A DNA stretch of 64,000 nt from Eledone cirrhosa. Taxonomy: Eukaryota. The position numbers and the translations under genes are program-made. Below, one piece after another: positions 12,796 through 26,858 of the stretch (positions are counted from its first letter, which is position 1; each line of letters begins with the position of its first letter). The stretch spans positions 25,668,001-25,732,000 of the forward strand of contig OZ024755.1 of assembly GCA_964016885.1 (NCBI GenBank), in the 5' to 3' direction. The notes below the pieces were generated by a model. It did no database searches. It was given only the letters and a program-made list of their open reading frames with translations, and was not told the origin of the DNA.

Positions 12796-13339
12796 CATGC
12801 AAACGATGGTGATTGGAGCGGAGATAATTGATGTTTCATGTCATTCTGTTTGATATAAATAACTCCGGTAAATATAATAGTTATGTTCTAATTCCAGGAA
12901 GAGACCAGATTACTATACAGTGCAGGCAGGTGTTCCTGGGAACATTGTACGATAGGCTAACTAATGTACGTGTGAAGACATCTGTTAGAAAACTGTCAGA
13001 TAAACGACAGGATGTTGTAATATATATAGAGCATTGAGTCTCTTTCTAAAGATCAAGGGAGATAATGCATCAGTGCAAGAAATCTAGAAAATCGTAGCTT
13101 CTTTATCATTGGTTGTTTTTCTTTCTTTCAAATGTGTTTATCAACATTATCAACATCATCATCATCATCATTATTATCATTTCTTCGGTAGTTTCAGACA
13201 AATTTCTATACATCACCTGGTGCACCTCCATTTCCCTGAAGTCTGGGCAGCATTGTGTTTTTATTTTGGGGATAAGATCTTCGAATAATGGTCTTACTAG
13301 TATAAAACTGGTAAAATCCTGGTATATATATATATATTT

Positions 13340-13490
13340 ATAAACCGGATTCACAGGATCATCAGAAGAGACGGTCCTGCGAATGTGCAGGTGAAACTCA
13401 TGAGTAACAAGACTCACTACCATAAGAAATGAATATTTAAACTCTTCTTCTGCATTGAGCACTCTTTTCTCTCGTCCATCAACTACATAT
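13340..13490 (+). mobile_element. Pseudo-LTR-like family F remnant
   Basis: CCUGC/GCAGG-U-GAAA-CUCAUGAG-UA hammerhead 3' half, with TTGAGCAC at 13455. Related to 25471 and 42290. Confidence 0.55.
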
Positions 13491-13704
13491 GGATATATAT
13501 ATAGAGAGATATATATATAGATAGATATATTTATATATGTATATATATATAAGTGTGAAGAACAGACAAAATTTACCTAATTTTTCATTGTTATATATAT
13601 GTGGTGGTGGTATTAAATTAAACATGGCCAGGGCCAACACTGCCAGAGTTTTATATATATATATATATAATGTAGAAAAGTAACACACGAGTTGATATAT
13701 ATAA

Positions 13705-14163
13705 AAACAAATAGTAGAAAAGAAAAAGATTTTTTCAGTAGAAAATGTTGAAGAGATTCTTTCAGTAAAATATCAAAACATTAATTTATTTACAATACCG
13801 GTTTCAGCATTATATGCATTGTCAATTGCGGATATGCAGAATATTGTTAAGTTGCATATTTGTACAAACAGTGATAATAATAATACAAAGGGGAAGAACA
13901 ATTAATTTTCACGTACATATTCATTCAGAGAAGAGAGTTCATTTCTCTGTCCATCCTTCTTTGTTAATAGCTTGGTTATGACAGTCATTACCAAGCTATT
14001 TGTACAAATATGCAACTTAACAATATTCTGCATATCTGCAATTCACAATGCATATAATGCTGAAACAGGTATTGTAAATAAATTAATGTTTTGATATTTC
14101 ACTGAAAGAATCTCTTCAACATTTTGTACTGAAAAAATATTTTTCCTTTCTACTATTTGTTTA
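13705..14163. repeat. Imperfect palindrome, about 165-bp arms, with decayed hammerhead
   Basis: 13705-13868 versus 13999-14163. The left arm (minus strand) reads CAA-UUGACAA-GCAU/AUGC-GAAA-CCGG-UA-UUG. Confidence 0.85.
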
Positions 14164-14335
14164 TTGTTATTCTTTGGGAGGGTCATGTTGCCAATAAGAA
14201 ACACACGCACCAGTTGCTTTCACTCCAATTTATTATAAATTAAATTTATAAATTTAATTTATAATAAATTGGAGTGAAAGCAACTGGTGCGTGTGTTTCT
14301 TATTGGCAACATGACCCTCCCAAAGCATAACAATA
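14162..14335. repeat. Palindrome of the family D 3' end
   Basis: About 85-bp arms centred on aaatttataaattt. Confidence 0.9.
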
Positions 14336-14353
14336 TATATATATATATATACA

Positions 14354-14748
14354 TATAATTGAACATACAAGAGAGATAAACACAAGTATAAGCATACATG
14401 TGTTCGAATTATAAATGACCATGTTTACTAGGGTGAAAAAAATACTAACTATAACAATATGGTTTGCCAGACTTAATTTAAAGTAATAAATCAAGAAAAA
14501 GAAGAACAAACCTATATTGGGCAACTGCTTGAAAAACCCAGACAGTTATATGAACTGTTTCGCAAAATTATTAAGCGACGGTAACACCAACTTTCTGCTC
14601 ATCAGTTAGTTGCTCAATAAGGTTTGTTCTTCTTTTTCTTGATTTATTATTTTAAATTAAGTCTGGCAAACCATATTGTTATAGTTAGTATTTTTTTCAC
14701 CCTATGTATGCTTATATTTGTGTTTATCTCTCTTGCATGTTCAATTAT
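14354..14748. repeat. Imperfect palindrome with hammerhead in the spacer
   Basis: 14354-14526 versus 14608-14748; the right arm lacks about 30 bp. Confidence 0.85.
14535..14611 (-). ncRNA. Hammerhead ribozyme motif, type I
   Basis: CUGAUGA-GCAGAA/UUUUGC-GAAA-CAGUU/AACUG-UC. GUC site; stem I imperfect at the inversion junction. Confidence 0.75.
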
Positions 14749-14827
14749 ATTACACGGCTCGGAAAAACTTCTTTCTTGGAGCTATTTATTTGTAAAAGAC
14801 TATTTTAAGTTTCTAACTCAATATATG

Positions 14828-14989
<162 letters not shown>

Positions 14990-15765
14990 CATTATTTCAT
15001 TATATATATATATAATGAAATAATGAAAAAGCAAGCAGTTAAAACGTCAAATTTATAAAACAGAATAAAACAGTTAAAAATAGAAGACACGAGGTTGACA
15101 AGATATTAACACAGATATGTGTGAGTGTATATAAACACACATATTCATATATATATATAGGTGTGTGTGTGTGTGTAGGTAGGTAATAATATATATAGAG
15201 AGAGAGATAGGGGGAGCTGTGTGTGTGTGAACAACTTAATACACCATTCAGCTAACATACCGCTGCGCGATATTACCCTTATCAGCTGTCGCCTGAAGAT
15301 CATCAACGTGATTTCGACTCCCTTCGACAGTATCATTCTCTCTACCTCCAGCAGAGCCCAGCAGGGGGATTATACATGCTAATGTCCCAGGGTTCACATA
15401 ACCTGACTGCTGTAAAGGAAAGCCCTATATACTGATATCTATGTAGCGAAGAAAAACAGTAGAATCGTATATAATGTATATATAGGACTTAAGCACTTTA
15501 ATAGATAACTTCTTCCGTATGGAAATTACATGGGAACGGTGCGGAGGCGAATGGAACACACCTACATACATACATACAGACAGACAGACAGTCAGACAGT
15601 CAGACAGTCAGACAGATAGTCAGTCAGACAGACAGTCAGACAGACAGACAGACAGACTCACTGCATTCAGATTGTAACCATGCTGAGGCACCGCTTTGAT
15701 TTGATCGATTATTTCGACTACCGTACTTATTTGTGTGTGTATGTGTGTATGTCTGTGTATTATGT

Positions 15766-15815
<50 letters not shown>

Positions 15816-16569
15816 TTGTAGTTGCCTCCCTTGTAACAATTAGTATTTAACATTTGTCTAGTAGTAACATGTTTAAGTACTCTCAGGTCTCGGATAATGC
15901 CCCCCCCCCCCCTCTACCGCTCTTCTTATAGATTTTTCAGATTTTCTCTAACACCCACCCCGCTCTTATTCCACCACCACCACCACCCCACACTTATTAA
16001 AATTTGCTAATCTATCTCCTGCCAAAATTTTATTTTAAGTGGTAGCATTACTGCGACAATTAATTTTTTTTAGACATTAAAAAACGTTATACATAACAAA
16101 AAAAGAACATTACAAGAAACCCCATATATTATAAAATAAATAGCATGGGTTGGGGTCTCAAAATGTAAACTAAACAACTAATTCTGGTTTTGAAAAAATC
16201 AACAGAGACAAACTTTGAAAAATTACCGATTCTCCACCCCCGCTTATTTCAAAACCCCTTCTCCTATTATTTGGAACCCGAAAGTAGTTGTAGATATTCA
16301 GATATATTTCAGGCAATAGAAGTAAACATTATACTTTACCTTTCAACCTTACGGCGTCGATAAAATAAAGTACCAGTAATGCACTGGGATAATTGCTGGC
16401 CTTGTGCCAAAAGTCGAAACAATTATATTTAGATGAGAGTACACCAGACCGTACTTTCATCCGACTCACGTTAACTTCATCTTTCATCCTTCATCAGTCG
16501 ATAATATAGACGCCAAAACAATTAATGAATACAAGAAATTATTTTAAAAGTAAAAACAACAAAAATTAA

Positions 16570-17435
16570 TGTTTCCCAGGTCAACGAGGTTTCTACAATT
16601 CATCAACTCTTTCTCCACTGGTCAATGATACCCTGGCCAACAAGGTTTCTACGACCCACCAACTTTCTGTCAATTGGCCAATGATACCCAAACCAATAAG
16701 CTATCTACAGACCCACAACTCTCTGTCCGCTGGTCAATGATACCCAGGTCAAAAAGGTTTCTTCCCCTGGTCAATGATACCCAGGCCAAAAAGGTTTCTT
16801 CCCCTGGTCAATGATACCCAGGTCAAAAAGGTTTCTTCCCCTGGTCAATGATACCCAGCCCAAAAAGGTTTCTTCCCCTGGTCAATGATACCCAGTTCAA
16901 AAAGCTTTCTTCCTCTGGTCAATGATACCCAGTTCAAAAAGCTTTCTTCCTCTGGTCAATGATACCCAGTTCAAAAAGCTTTCTTCCTCTGGTCAATGAT
17001 ACCCAGCCCAAAAAGGTTTCTTCCCCTGGTCAATGATACCCAGTTCAAAAAGCTTTCTTCCCCTGGTCAATGATACCCAGTTCAAAAAGCTTTCTTCCTC
17101 TGGTCAATGATACCCAGTTCAAAAAGCTTTCTTCCTCTGGTCAATGATACCCAGCCCAAAAAGGTTTCTTCCCCTGGTCAATGATACCCAGTTCAAAAAG
17201 CTTTCTTCCCCTGGTCAATGATACCCAGTTCAAAAAGCTTTCTTCCTCTGGTCAATGATACCCACGTCAACAAGGTATCTACATCTCCACAACTCTCTGT
17301 TCCCTGGTCAATGTTTCCAGAGTCAACAAGGTTTCTAGAGCCTCACAACTCTATGTCCGCTGGTCAATGATACCCAGGCCAACAAGGTTTCTACAGCCTC
17401 ACAATTCTCTGTCTCCTGGTCAATATTTCCCAGGT
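16570..17435. repeat. Minisatellite: 37-bp core array flanked by about 56-bp units
   Basis: ctggtcaatgatacccag(g/t)tcaaaaag(g/c)tttcttcc, about 14 copies at 16730-17260, with longer variants on both sides. Confidence 0.95.
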
Positions 17436-17454
17436 TAACCAAAAACAAACAACA

Positions 17455-17715
17455 ACGGGGGTATTTCTCTCGCCCATGTTACATCCAAGGTTTACAACTG
17501 TTCTCAGAATTCAACCAATTATCGAGGAAATGTTACGACCGAATCAAAGTGGTTTTCGTCAAGGTCACTCCACCACATTCCATATCTTTGCTCTTCGCCG
17601 AATAGCAGAAGAACTCCAAAACCATGGCATGGGCGTTGTATTAGCATTTATTGGTTTCCGAAAGGCCTATAACTCCATCGATCGCAAGAAAATGCTTGAA
17701 ATTATTTATAATGAT
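17455..17715 (+). mobile_element. RTE-like LINE reverse transcriptase fragment
   Basis: RIQPIIEEMLRPNQSGFRQGHSTTFHIFALRRIAE...LAFIGFRKAYNSIDR, matching the Q.GF and DF.KAFDS RT motifs. Confidence 0.85.
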
Positions 17716-18198
17716 TAATTGGTTAAAATCCAGATTAACAAGTCTCATCATTAGCCACAAGAAGGAATATATAAACTCTATTTCGGTACTGAGTATTTAT
17801 TCTCGCATCCGATAATTTTACACAGATATATATATATATATATATATATAAACATGTCTCTGTATGTGTCAACGTGTCTGTGCGTGTCAGTGTATGCGTG
17901 GTGCATGTGTGTGTGTGCGTGTGCTTTGATTAGAAGTCAGACGTCTTAGGAGCAGATCGATACTAAAGTCAGGTCTATCACATCCATAAAGACGTCGAGC
18001 CAATCATATGTGAAACATATGTAAAGTTCGATGTGTAATAAAATATTTTAAAGTGAAACTTCTTCTTTAGCTATATATACAGGGACCGCGGAAACCATCA
18101 GGGTAACACAGTATGTATGGGAAGGAGTATACCCGCGTGAAGATTTGCCGCATCCAATCCGAACTACTAGGCGCCGTGGTCGGGTTTATACCCTCCTT

Positions 18199-18237
<39 letters not shown>

Positions 18238-18307
18238 CGGTAGAACACGGGAAGGTAATATCCGTAGTGGTAGAGGATTCAGTCCATAGGACAAGTTTGG
18301 TAGAAGT

Positions 18308-18392
18308 AGTAACACAACAGTTAGTTCACCATACCGAGAACAATAAGATGAAACAATTGTTCTCGGTATGGTGAACTGACTGTTGTGTTACT
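18308..18392. repeat. Palindrome, about 37-bp arms, hammerhead 3' half at the turn
   Basis: GAAA-CAAUUG-UU at the start of the right arm; (TA)n follows. Confidence 0.75.
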
Positions 18393-18496
<104 letters not shown>

Positions 18497-18656
18497 TAAA
18501 GTTAGTCCTTCATCAGTGATCTACCAACCATCATTGGTATTTCATCGCTTTAAATACCATATACCTCCGGTTGGTGCGAGCAACGGCTAAAAAAGTCGTT
18601 GGGACACGTAAATAAAGTGGACACGAGTGTAAACAAACAAAAATGGTGAAGCAACG

Positions 18657-18734
<78 letters not shown>

Positions 18735-19025
18735 TAATTTATTAAAATAACAGATTAAAGTTTAAGCAAAGAATCGGTGATAAATATTTATCCTTATCGA
18801 GCCCTCTTTGGATTTTAGTCTTCAAATTTATTATTATTACTATATATATCTAACTTTTTAAATTGCATTTGTGATAACATTTTACACGTTTTTATTGTAT
18901 GTAAACTTCCCCCTTTGTATTTGTCCCCTTCTTTTGTGCCCCTGTGGCTAATAAAGAAACATATATATATATATATATATAGATAGATATATGTGTGTGT
19001 GTGTGTGTGTGTATGGGTGGGTGTA

Positions 19026-19075
<50 letters not shown>

Positions 19076-19613
19076 TGTGTGTGTGTGTGTGTCTGTGTGT
19101 GTGTGTGTGTGGTAGGCTTCTACACAGTTCCCATCTACTATATTTCACTAATATATATCATTGATCAACCAGAATCTATTGTAGAAGAGACTGCACAGCT
19201 ATGACTGAGTTCCTTAATTGAGTGTATGTGTTGTGTGTGCGTATGTGCGTGTATGTGTGTGACTATGTGTGTATGTGCGTGTTGCGTGTGTGTATGTGTG
19301 TGTATGAGTGTGCGTATGTGTCAGTGTATGTTTGTATGTGCATATGTGTGTATATATATACATATATATATATATAGGAAAAGAGTCAGGACCCCTACGG
19401 CTAACCTCCGGCCGTTTCGACAGCTAGATCTGTATATATATAGAAATGGCTTCTACGGGACTAGAACTGTTTCATTCCAATGAAATCATCGGGAAAGCCC
19501 TGTATGTATGTATGTATGCGTGTTTATATGTATATGTGTATATTTATATGTGTATATATATATATATGTGTGTATATATGTATATATATATATATGTGTG
19601 TGTATGTGTGCAT

Positions 19614-19655
<42 letters not shown>

Positions 19656-19894
19656 CTGTGTGTGTGTGTGTATGTACGTATATATATTTACATTTCAAGA
19701 TATTTTTCTAGATTTGAAGGGACAGGCATCTGTGTGTAATTCCTTCTTAAAACAACAATATTTCGACTTTAAATGTTTTCATTGTCTTAACCTCCGCCTT
19801 AATCCCGTCTATGTGGCTTAGACATATTATTATTTTTTTATCTATTTCATTTTTAAATTTCTTTAAAAAAAACACTACTTAGTGTACATATACT

Positions 19895-19929
<35 letters not shown>

Positions 19930-19937
<8 letters not shown>

Positions 19938-20830
19938 GTATAACTATATATACACAAATATATATATGCATGCATATGTGTGTGTGTATGTATACATATA
20001 TATGTATGTGTGTACTGTATATCTATATATACACAAATATATAAATATATGCATACATATGTGTGTGTGTATGTATATATGTATATATGTATGTGTGTAC
20101 TGTATATCTATATATACACAAATATATATATATGCATACATATCTGTGTGTGAATGTATATATATATATATGTATGTGTGTACTGTATATCTATATATAC
20201 ACAAATATATAAATATATGCATACATATGTGTGTGTGTATGTATATATATATATATGTATGTGTGTACTGTATATCTATATATACACAAATATATATATA
20301 TGCATACATATCTGTGTGTGTATGTATATATATATATATATGTATGTGTGTACTGTATATCTATATATACACAAATATATATATGCATACATATCTGTGT
20401 GTGTATGTATATATATATATATGTATGTGTGTACTGTATATCTATATATACACAAATATATATATGCATATATATCTGTGTGTGTATGTATATATATATA
20501 TATGTATGTGTGTACTGTATATCTATATATACACAAATATATATATGCATGCATATGTGTGTGTGTATGTATACATATATATGTATGTGTGTACTGTATA
20601 TCTATATATACACAAATATATATATACATTTATATGTGTGTGTGTATGTATATATATATATATGTGTGTGTGTGTACTGTATATCTATATATACACAAAT
20701 ATATATATGCATACATATCTGTGTGTGTATGTATATATATATATATGTATGTGTGTACTGTATATCTATATATACACAAATATATATATGCATATATACG
20801 TGCATGTGTATGTATATATATATGTATGTG
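19930..20830. repeat. Compound minisatellite built from TA/TG runs, about 80-bp unit, about 11 copies
   Basis: Recurring anchor gtgtactgtatatctatatatacacaaat. Confidence 0.9.
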
Positions 20831-21214
20831 TGTGTATGTTTGTATATAGTATGTAGTGTATGCATATGTGTGTATTTATTTAAGATGTCACCCCACTTGC
20901 ACTTGCTAATCACACAACAATAACTACATCTTGTTAAAATTAAGTTGTATTTTTATAATCAGGTGTTTTCGAAACAAACACGTGTATAGATATATATATA
21001 TACATGTTTCAGTGTGTGTATATGTGTATATATGTGTGTGTGTCTATGTGTGTACACACAAACTCCTTAAATATACGTGTGTGTATGTATGTATGTATAT
21101 ATTGTATGTATGGTTCTATATATGTATATTTGTATGAATGTATGTATGTTTGCATATATGTAAGAATACATATATGTGTGTATGTATGTATGTATACATA
21201 TATGTATGTATTTA

Positions 21215-21440
21215 TAGGCATTGCTTTATATCTGGAGATCTCTTTGCACTTGTCGTCACATGGTACCATGGGCCCAGCACTATGTGACAATAATTGTCAC
21301 AAGTGTAGTGTTTCTACCAGAGTTTTCAAGTCTCTGGCTGGACTAAAAAGTCACACTCGTTCAGCGCATCGGTAGGGGTTCTCCTACATGGATATAAAGT
21401 AGTGGTCGTACTCGAAAACGAGTTGGCAGCCACCATACAT
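21215..21440 (+). mobile_element. Family A retroposon, truncated copy
   Basis: Matches the 22488 copy; ends RVFKSLAGLKSHTRSAHR* followed by a TATG-type tail. Confidence 0.75.
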
Positions 21441-21515
21441 ATATGTATGTATTTATACATATATGTATGTATGTATACATATATGTATGTATGTATACAT
21501 ACATATATGTATGTA

Positions 21516-22094
21516 CGAGGGCAATCCCAAAAGTAAGCTCTCTGAATCGATGGGAACGCTACCTCCAAGTGCGAAGTTCGCGCAGTTATTCGGTTTTTGA
21601 ACGCAAAGAGCGTTGAACCGATTGAAATTCATCGCCAATTGACGGAAGTGTCTGGACAGTCGTGCATGGATGTCAAAAACGTTCGCAAGTGGTGTAGAGA
21701 GTTTACAGCCGGTCGTACTGAAATTTACGATGAACAAAGGAGCGGGAGACCGTCAATTTCCGACGAGACAATCGCAAAGGTTGAGGAAAACATGCGTAAA
21801 GATCGGCGGATCACTCTGGATGCTCTCTGCATTTTGGTTCCTGAGGTTTCCCGAAGCACCATCCACAGGATTTTAACGGAAAAGTTCCAATATCGGAAGG
21901 CACTTGGCGGTAGCGTTCAACGGGAGCTCCATTCTCAACGGCTGCCAAGCCAAGATTGAGCATGCCAGCGAAGCGCGCGCATGCTTGTTTGGGAGTGAAT
22001 GAAGCACCAATCACAACAGTGTTGCCAACAGCCGTACGAACAGTTTCTCTGCGTCCCCATCGCTTTGGAGATCTTACTTTTGGGATTGCCCTCG
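21516..22094 (-). mobile_element. Mariner-family transposon, internally deleted and inverted
   Basis: 22-bp TIRs cgagggcaatcccaaaagtaag with TA on both sides. N-terminal HTH fragment EVRAVIRFL..EIHRQL..VRKWCREF..RSGRP on +; start MELPLNATAKC on -. Confidence 0.9.
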
Positions 22095-22154
22095 TATGTA
22101 TGTATGTATGTATGTATGTATGTATGTATGTATGTATGTATGTATGTATGTATG

Positions 22155-22465
22155 TTCTCTCTTTCTCTTAATTTCGAGTATATTTTTGACCGGCCACCTT
22201 CCTGGTGGCAAGGTTGTAAAAGAAAAGAAATTGTCATCCCTTGAATAGCAAGAATGTTTTGCAAATTTTGAAGGTGCCAGCTATCGCAGCCATTTGTAGA
22301 CTATGAATTAGGGAGCTGCGCTCTTTGTCCGCAAATCCAAGTTCAGTTATACATTGGTCCAAGCGGGTTGGTATATAACCCGTAGCTCCAATAATGATGG
22401 GTATGAAACTAAAGGTGTATCTTGGATACTTGATTTGTAAACTCCTCATCAATGGTCCGTAGATG
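22155..22465 (-). mobile_element. Restriction-like-endonuclease LINE 3' end in (TATG)n
   Basis: YGPLMRSLQIKYPRYTFSFIPIIIGATG...LQMAAIAGTFKICKTFL*. Confidence 0.75.
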
Positions 22466-22487
22466 TATGTATGTATATATGTATATA

Positions 22488-22910
22488 GGAGAAGGAAAAC
22501 TCTGATATAACACCTGCAACCCTGGTGGTATCCAATGATGTTGACTTGTTCTTCTTTTTGGTAAATATCATCTTGGTTAAGAGAGTGGGACTGGCTATGT
22601 GCCGTGCCTTTGCTCACTATAAAAGCTTCACGGCACAGGCATTGCTTTATATCTGGAGATCTCTCTGCACTTGTCATCACATGGTACCATGGGCCCAGCA
22701 CTATGTGTCAGTAATTGTCACAAGTGTAGTGTTTGTACCAGAGTTTTCAAGTCGCTGGCTGGACTAAAAAGTCACACTCGTTCAGCGCATCGGTAGGGGT
22801 TCTCCTACATGGATATAAAGTAGTGGCCGTACTCGAAAACGAGTTGGCAGCCACCATGTATGTATGTATGTATGTATGTATGTATGTATGTATGTATGTA
22901 TGTATGTATG
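22488..22910 (+). mobile_element. Family A retroposon, near full length
   Basis: Head ggagaaggaaaactctg, C2H2 remnant CSVCTRVFKSLAGLKSHTRSAH, pure (TATG)n tail. Confidence 0.75.
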
Positions 22911-23584
22911 TACTGTCTTTGTCTACATGTGTGTTTGTGTCTGGTAATGTCCTGCAAAAACAAATTGATAAAATAAGTCCCAGATCTGAAAATGAAGGAT
23001 TGACCCAGCATGGCCGAGGTTTAAAGCCTGAAAGCATTAAAAGAATATTTCTCTCTTGTGCGTGTGTGTGTGTGTGTGTGTGTTTGTGTGTGTTTGTGTG
23101 TGAGTATGTGTGTGTGTGTGTGAGTTTGTGTGGATGTGTGTGTGTGTGTGTGTATGTGTGCGTGCGTGTGTATGTGTCTATGTGTGTGTGTGTACGTATG
23201 CGTGTGCGTGTGTGTTTATGTGTGTATTTTGTGTGTGTGTATGTGGATGTGGATATGTGTGCGTACGTGCGTGTGTGGATATGTGTGGAGATGTGTATGT
23301 GTATGTGTATGTGTATGTGTGTGTGTGTATTTGTGTGTATGTGTATGTGTGTGTGTGTGTGAGTATGTGTGTGTGTGTGTGAGTTTGTGTGGATGCGTGT
23401 GTGTGGGGGGGGGGGGGGGGGGGGGGATCACCACTGCCACCATCACTTCTTACTAATAACACCAGCCTCAACAACTCAACAGTAAAAAAGAGTGAATATG
23501 ATAATATAATATAACAGAAATAATTCCCGCTGATAGAATAAATAAATATTGGAGGTGATATGTTGAATTTAAAAACTCTTACAT

Positions 23585-23628
<44 letters not shown>

Positions 23629-24251
23629 TCAATAACATCAACATCAATAACATCAACATTTACAACACCAACAACATCAACAACAAAATAGATATCGTAT
23701 AAAAACGGCCATTTTGATTTTATCACCACAAATACGTCCATCCATACATACACACATACATACTCACATACCTACATACATTCATACGTACATACATACG
23801 TACATACATACATGCATGTATACATACATACACACATACACACATACATACATGCACACATACACACATAGTTACATCCACACATACATACACACATACA
23901 TACATGCATACATACATATACACATACATGCATACATACATACATACATGCATACATACATGCATACATACACACATACATACATACATACATACACATA
24001 CATACATACATATATACACACATACATACATACATACATACATACATACATGCATGCATGCATACATACATACATACATACATACATACATACATACATA
24101 CATACATACATACATACATACATACACAGGCACACTTCTATTGCAGTCATCCTCTCTTTTACACTCCACCATTTTAAACACCTGATTATTGAGATAAAAC
24201 TTTTTTAATTTTAACAAGATGTTATTATATCTGGCGGTCTGGTTTCTAAAG

Positions 24252-24308
24252 ATGGCGGCTGGGGGGAAGGTGATGTTAATGGCTTCAGAAAACACCAGAC
24301 GAAGAAAG
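24252..24308 (+). CDS. Candidate first coding exon (MAAGGKVMLMASENTRRRK), gene unidentified
   Basis: AAGATGGCGGC start context in a CpG-containing unique island and a phase-0 AAG|gtat donor. No downstream exon identified. Confidence 0.4.
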
Positions 24309-24479
24309 GTATCGCGTAGGAGGCGTAATGATGTGAAAAGAGGGGTTTTGTTGGGGGTTTGTTATACAAACATATATATATATTATATATGTGTGTATGT
24401 GTGTGTGTCTGTTTGTGTCAATATGCATGCGTCTGTGTACATATATATATATATATATACATACACACACACACACACG

Positions 24480-24521
<42 letters not shown>

Positions 24522-24600
24522 AACACACTACACATACACGCATATATATGTATATATATATATATATATATATAATTATATTCTATCATTACCACAGCAG

Positions 24601-24686
24601 AGGTCGGACGAGCTTTTGATTTCAGAGTCGGGCGAGATCGATACAGATCCAACCTTGAGCTGATCAATAGCGAAACGCGCGTCCCT
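24601..24686 (+). ncRNA. Hammerhead ribozyme motif, mutated core
   Basis: CGGACGA-GCUUUUGAUU...GAUCAAUAGC-GAAA-CGCGCG-UC-CCU, inside a (TA)n-flanked module at about 24580-24883. Confidence 0.55.
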
Positions 24687-24881
24687 ACTCAATGGCCGTT
24701 GTCTCTGCTGAGTTCATCCGCCCTTTGCCGGGTCTTGTATTTCATCCCTCAGAGTGTCCAAATATGACCCTCCTTACCAAGCAAGCTTGGTGGGGTTGCC
24801 GGTTTAGTCACCGACGACCCGACCATGAGACAGGTTGTACTGGGTTACATGTTACCAGTAGCACTCGTGAGCGACCTGACA

Positions 24882-24956
<75 letters not shown>

Positions 24957-25121
24957 GAGTATATGTTGGTTGTATACCAACACCTCAGTATGCAGGCTGG
25001 AGCACTCGACGAAGTGCGCAGGTTGGTTTGGTTACTCCGAGCCAAAGATGGCTGTCACTGAAATATATATAGCAGCAATAAACGAAGCTAAATTTTAAAC
25101 ATTTGACTTTTTATTCAACTT

Positions 25122-25208
<87 letters not shown>

Positions 25209-25343
25209 ATCCTCCTCTTTTTGTTCACCAGTATTGTCACAGAATATGTGACGAAAGAACTTTGACAAACTTGGACAAATTATATGGAGCGTGTGTTTCT
25301 TTCTATTGGCAATATTGACAACATGACCATCTCAAATATAACA

Positions 25344-25765
<422 letters not shown>

Positions 25766-25799
25766 TTATTTATATATATGCTAATGTCATCGCAGCCCA

Positions 25800-26215
25800 G
25801 ACTTTGGAAATTCTGAATTTACAAAGTTTGAACTGCAGTGAATAAAATGGAAAGCATATGAAAGTCAGATCTACGCAGAAAAATCAAAGTATCCTTCTTC
25901 AGAACATCTCTTGAGTCAGTGTTGTTGTATGGATCAGGTACTCAGACCCTGACACAAGCAGTTAAGAAGAAACTAGATGGTGCATTCATTAAAATGCTAA
26001 GGAATGTACAAAGCATAATTTGGCGTCAACGTATTATAAATGAAAGTTTAAATGGAAACTGCTCCAAGAAAACAACTAGTATTGCTTAAAGACGGTTACA
26101 ATTAGCAGAACATGGCTGTTGCAAGAGAAGTTATTTAGTATAAACAATGTTTCATACACTTAACATAAATGTGCGACCATTGCCTTCGGGGTCCAGTTAT
26201 GATCACCATTGTATA
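25800..26215 (+). mobile_element. RTE-like LINE fragment (post-RT region)
   Basis: KSDLRRKIKVSFFRTSLESVLLYGS..TLT..KKLDGAFIKMLR..RRLQLAEH, with stops. Confidence 0.75.
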
Positions 26216-26249
26216 TTGGTGGAGGCATATATATATATATATATATATA

Positions 26250-26858
<609 letters not shown>

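Noticed and set aside
16730-17260. 37-bp repeat array as a CRISPR array
   Set aside because: Units are head-to-tail with no unique spacers, there are no cas genes, and the context is eukaryotic. The same applies to the 59-, 77- and 31/34-bp arrays.
22715-22795. Host C2H2 zinc-finger gene
   Set aside because: A single finger inside a four-copy retroposon followed by a tandem-repeat tail.
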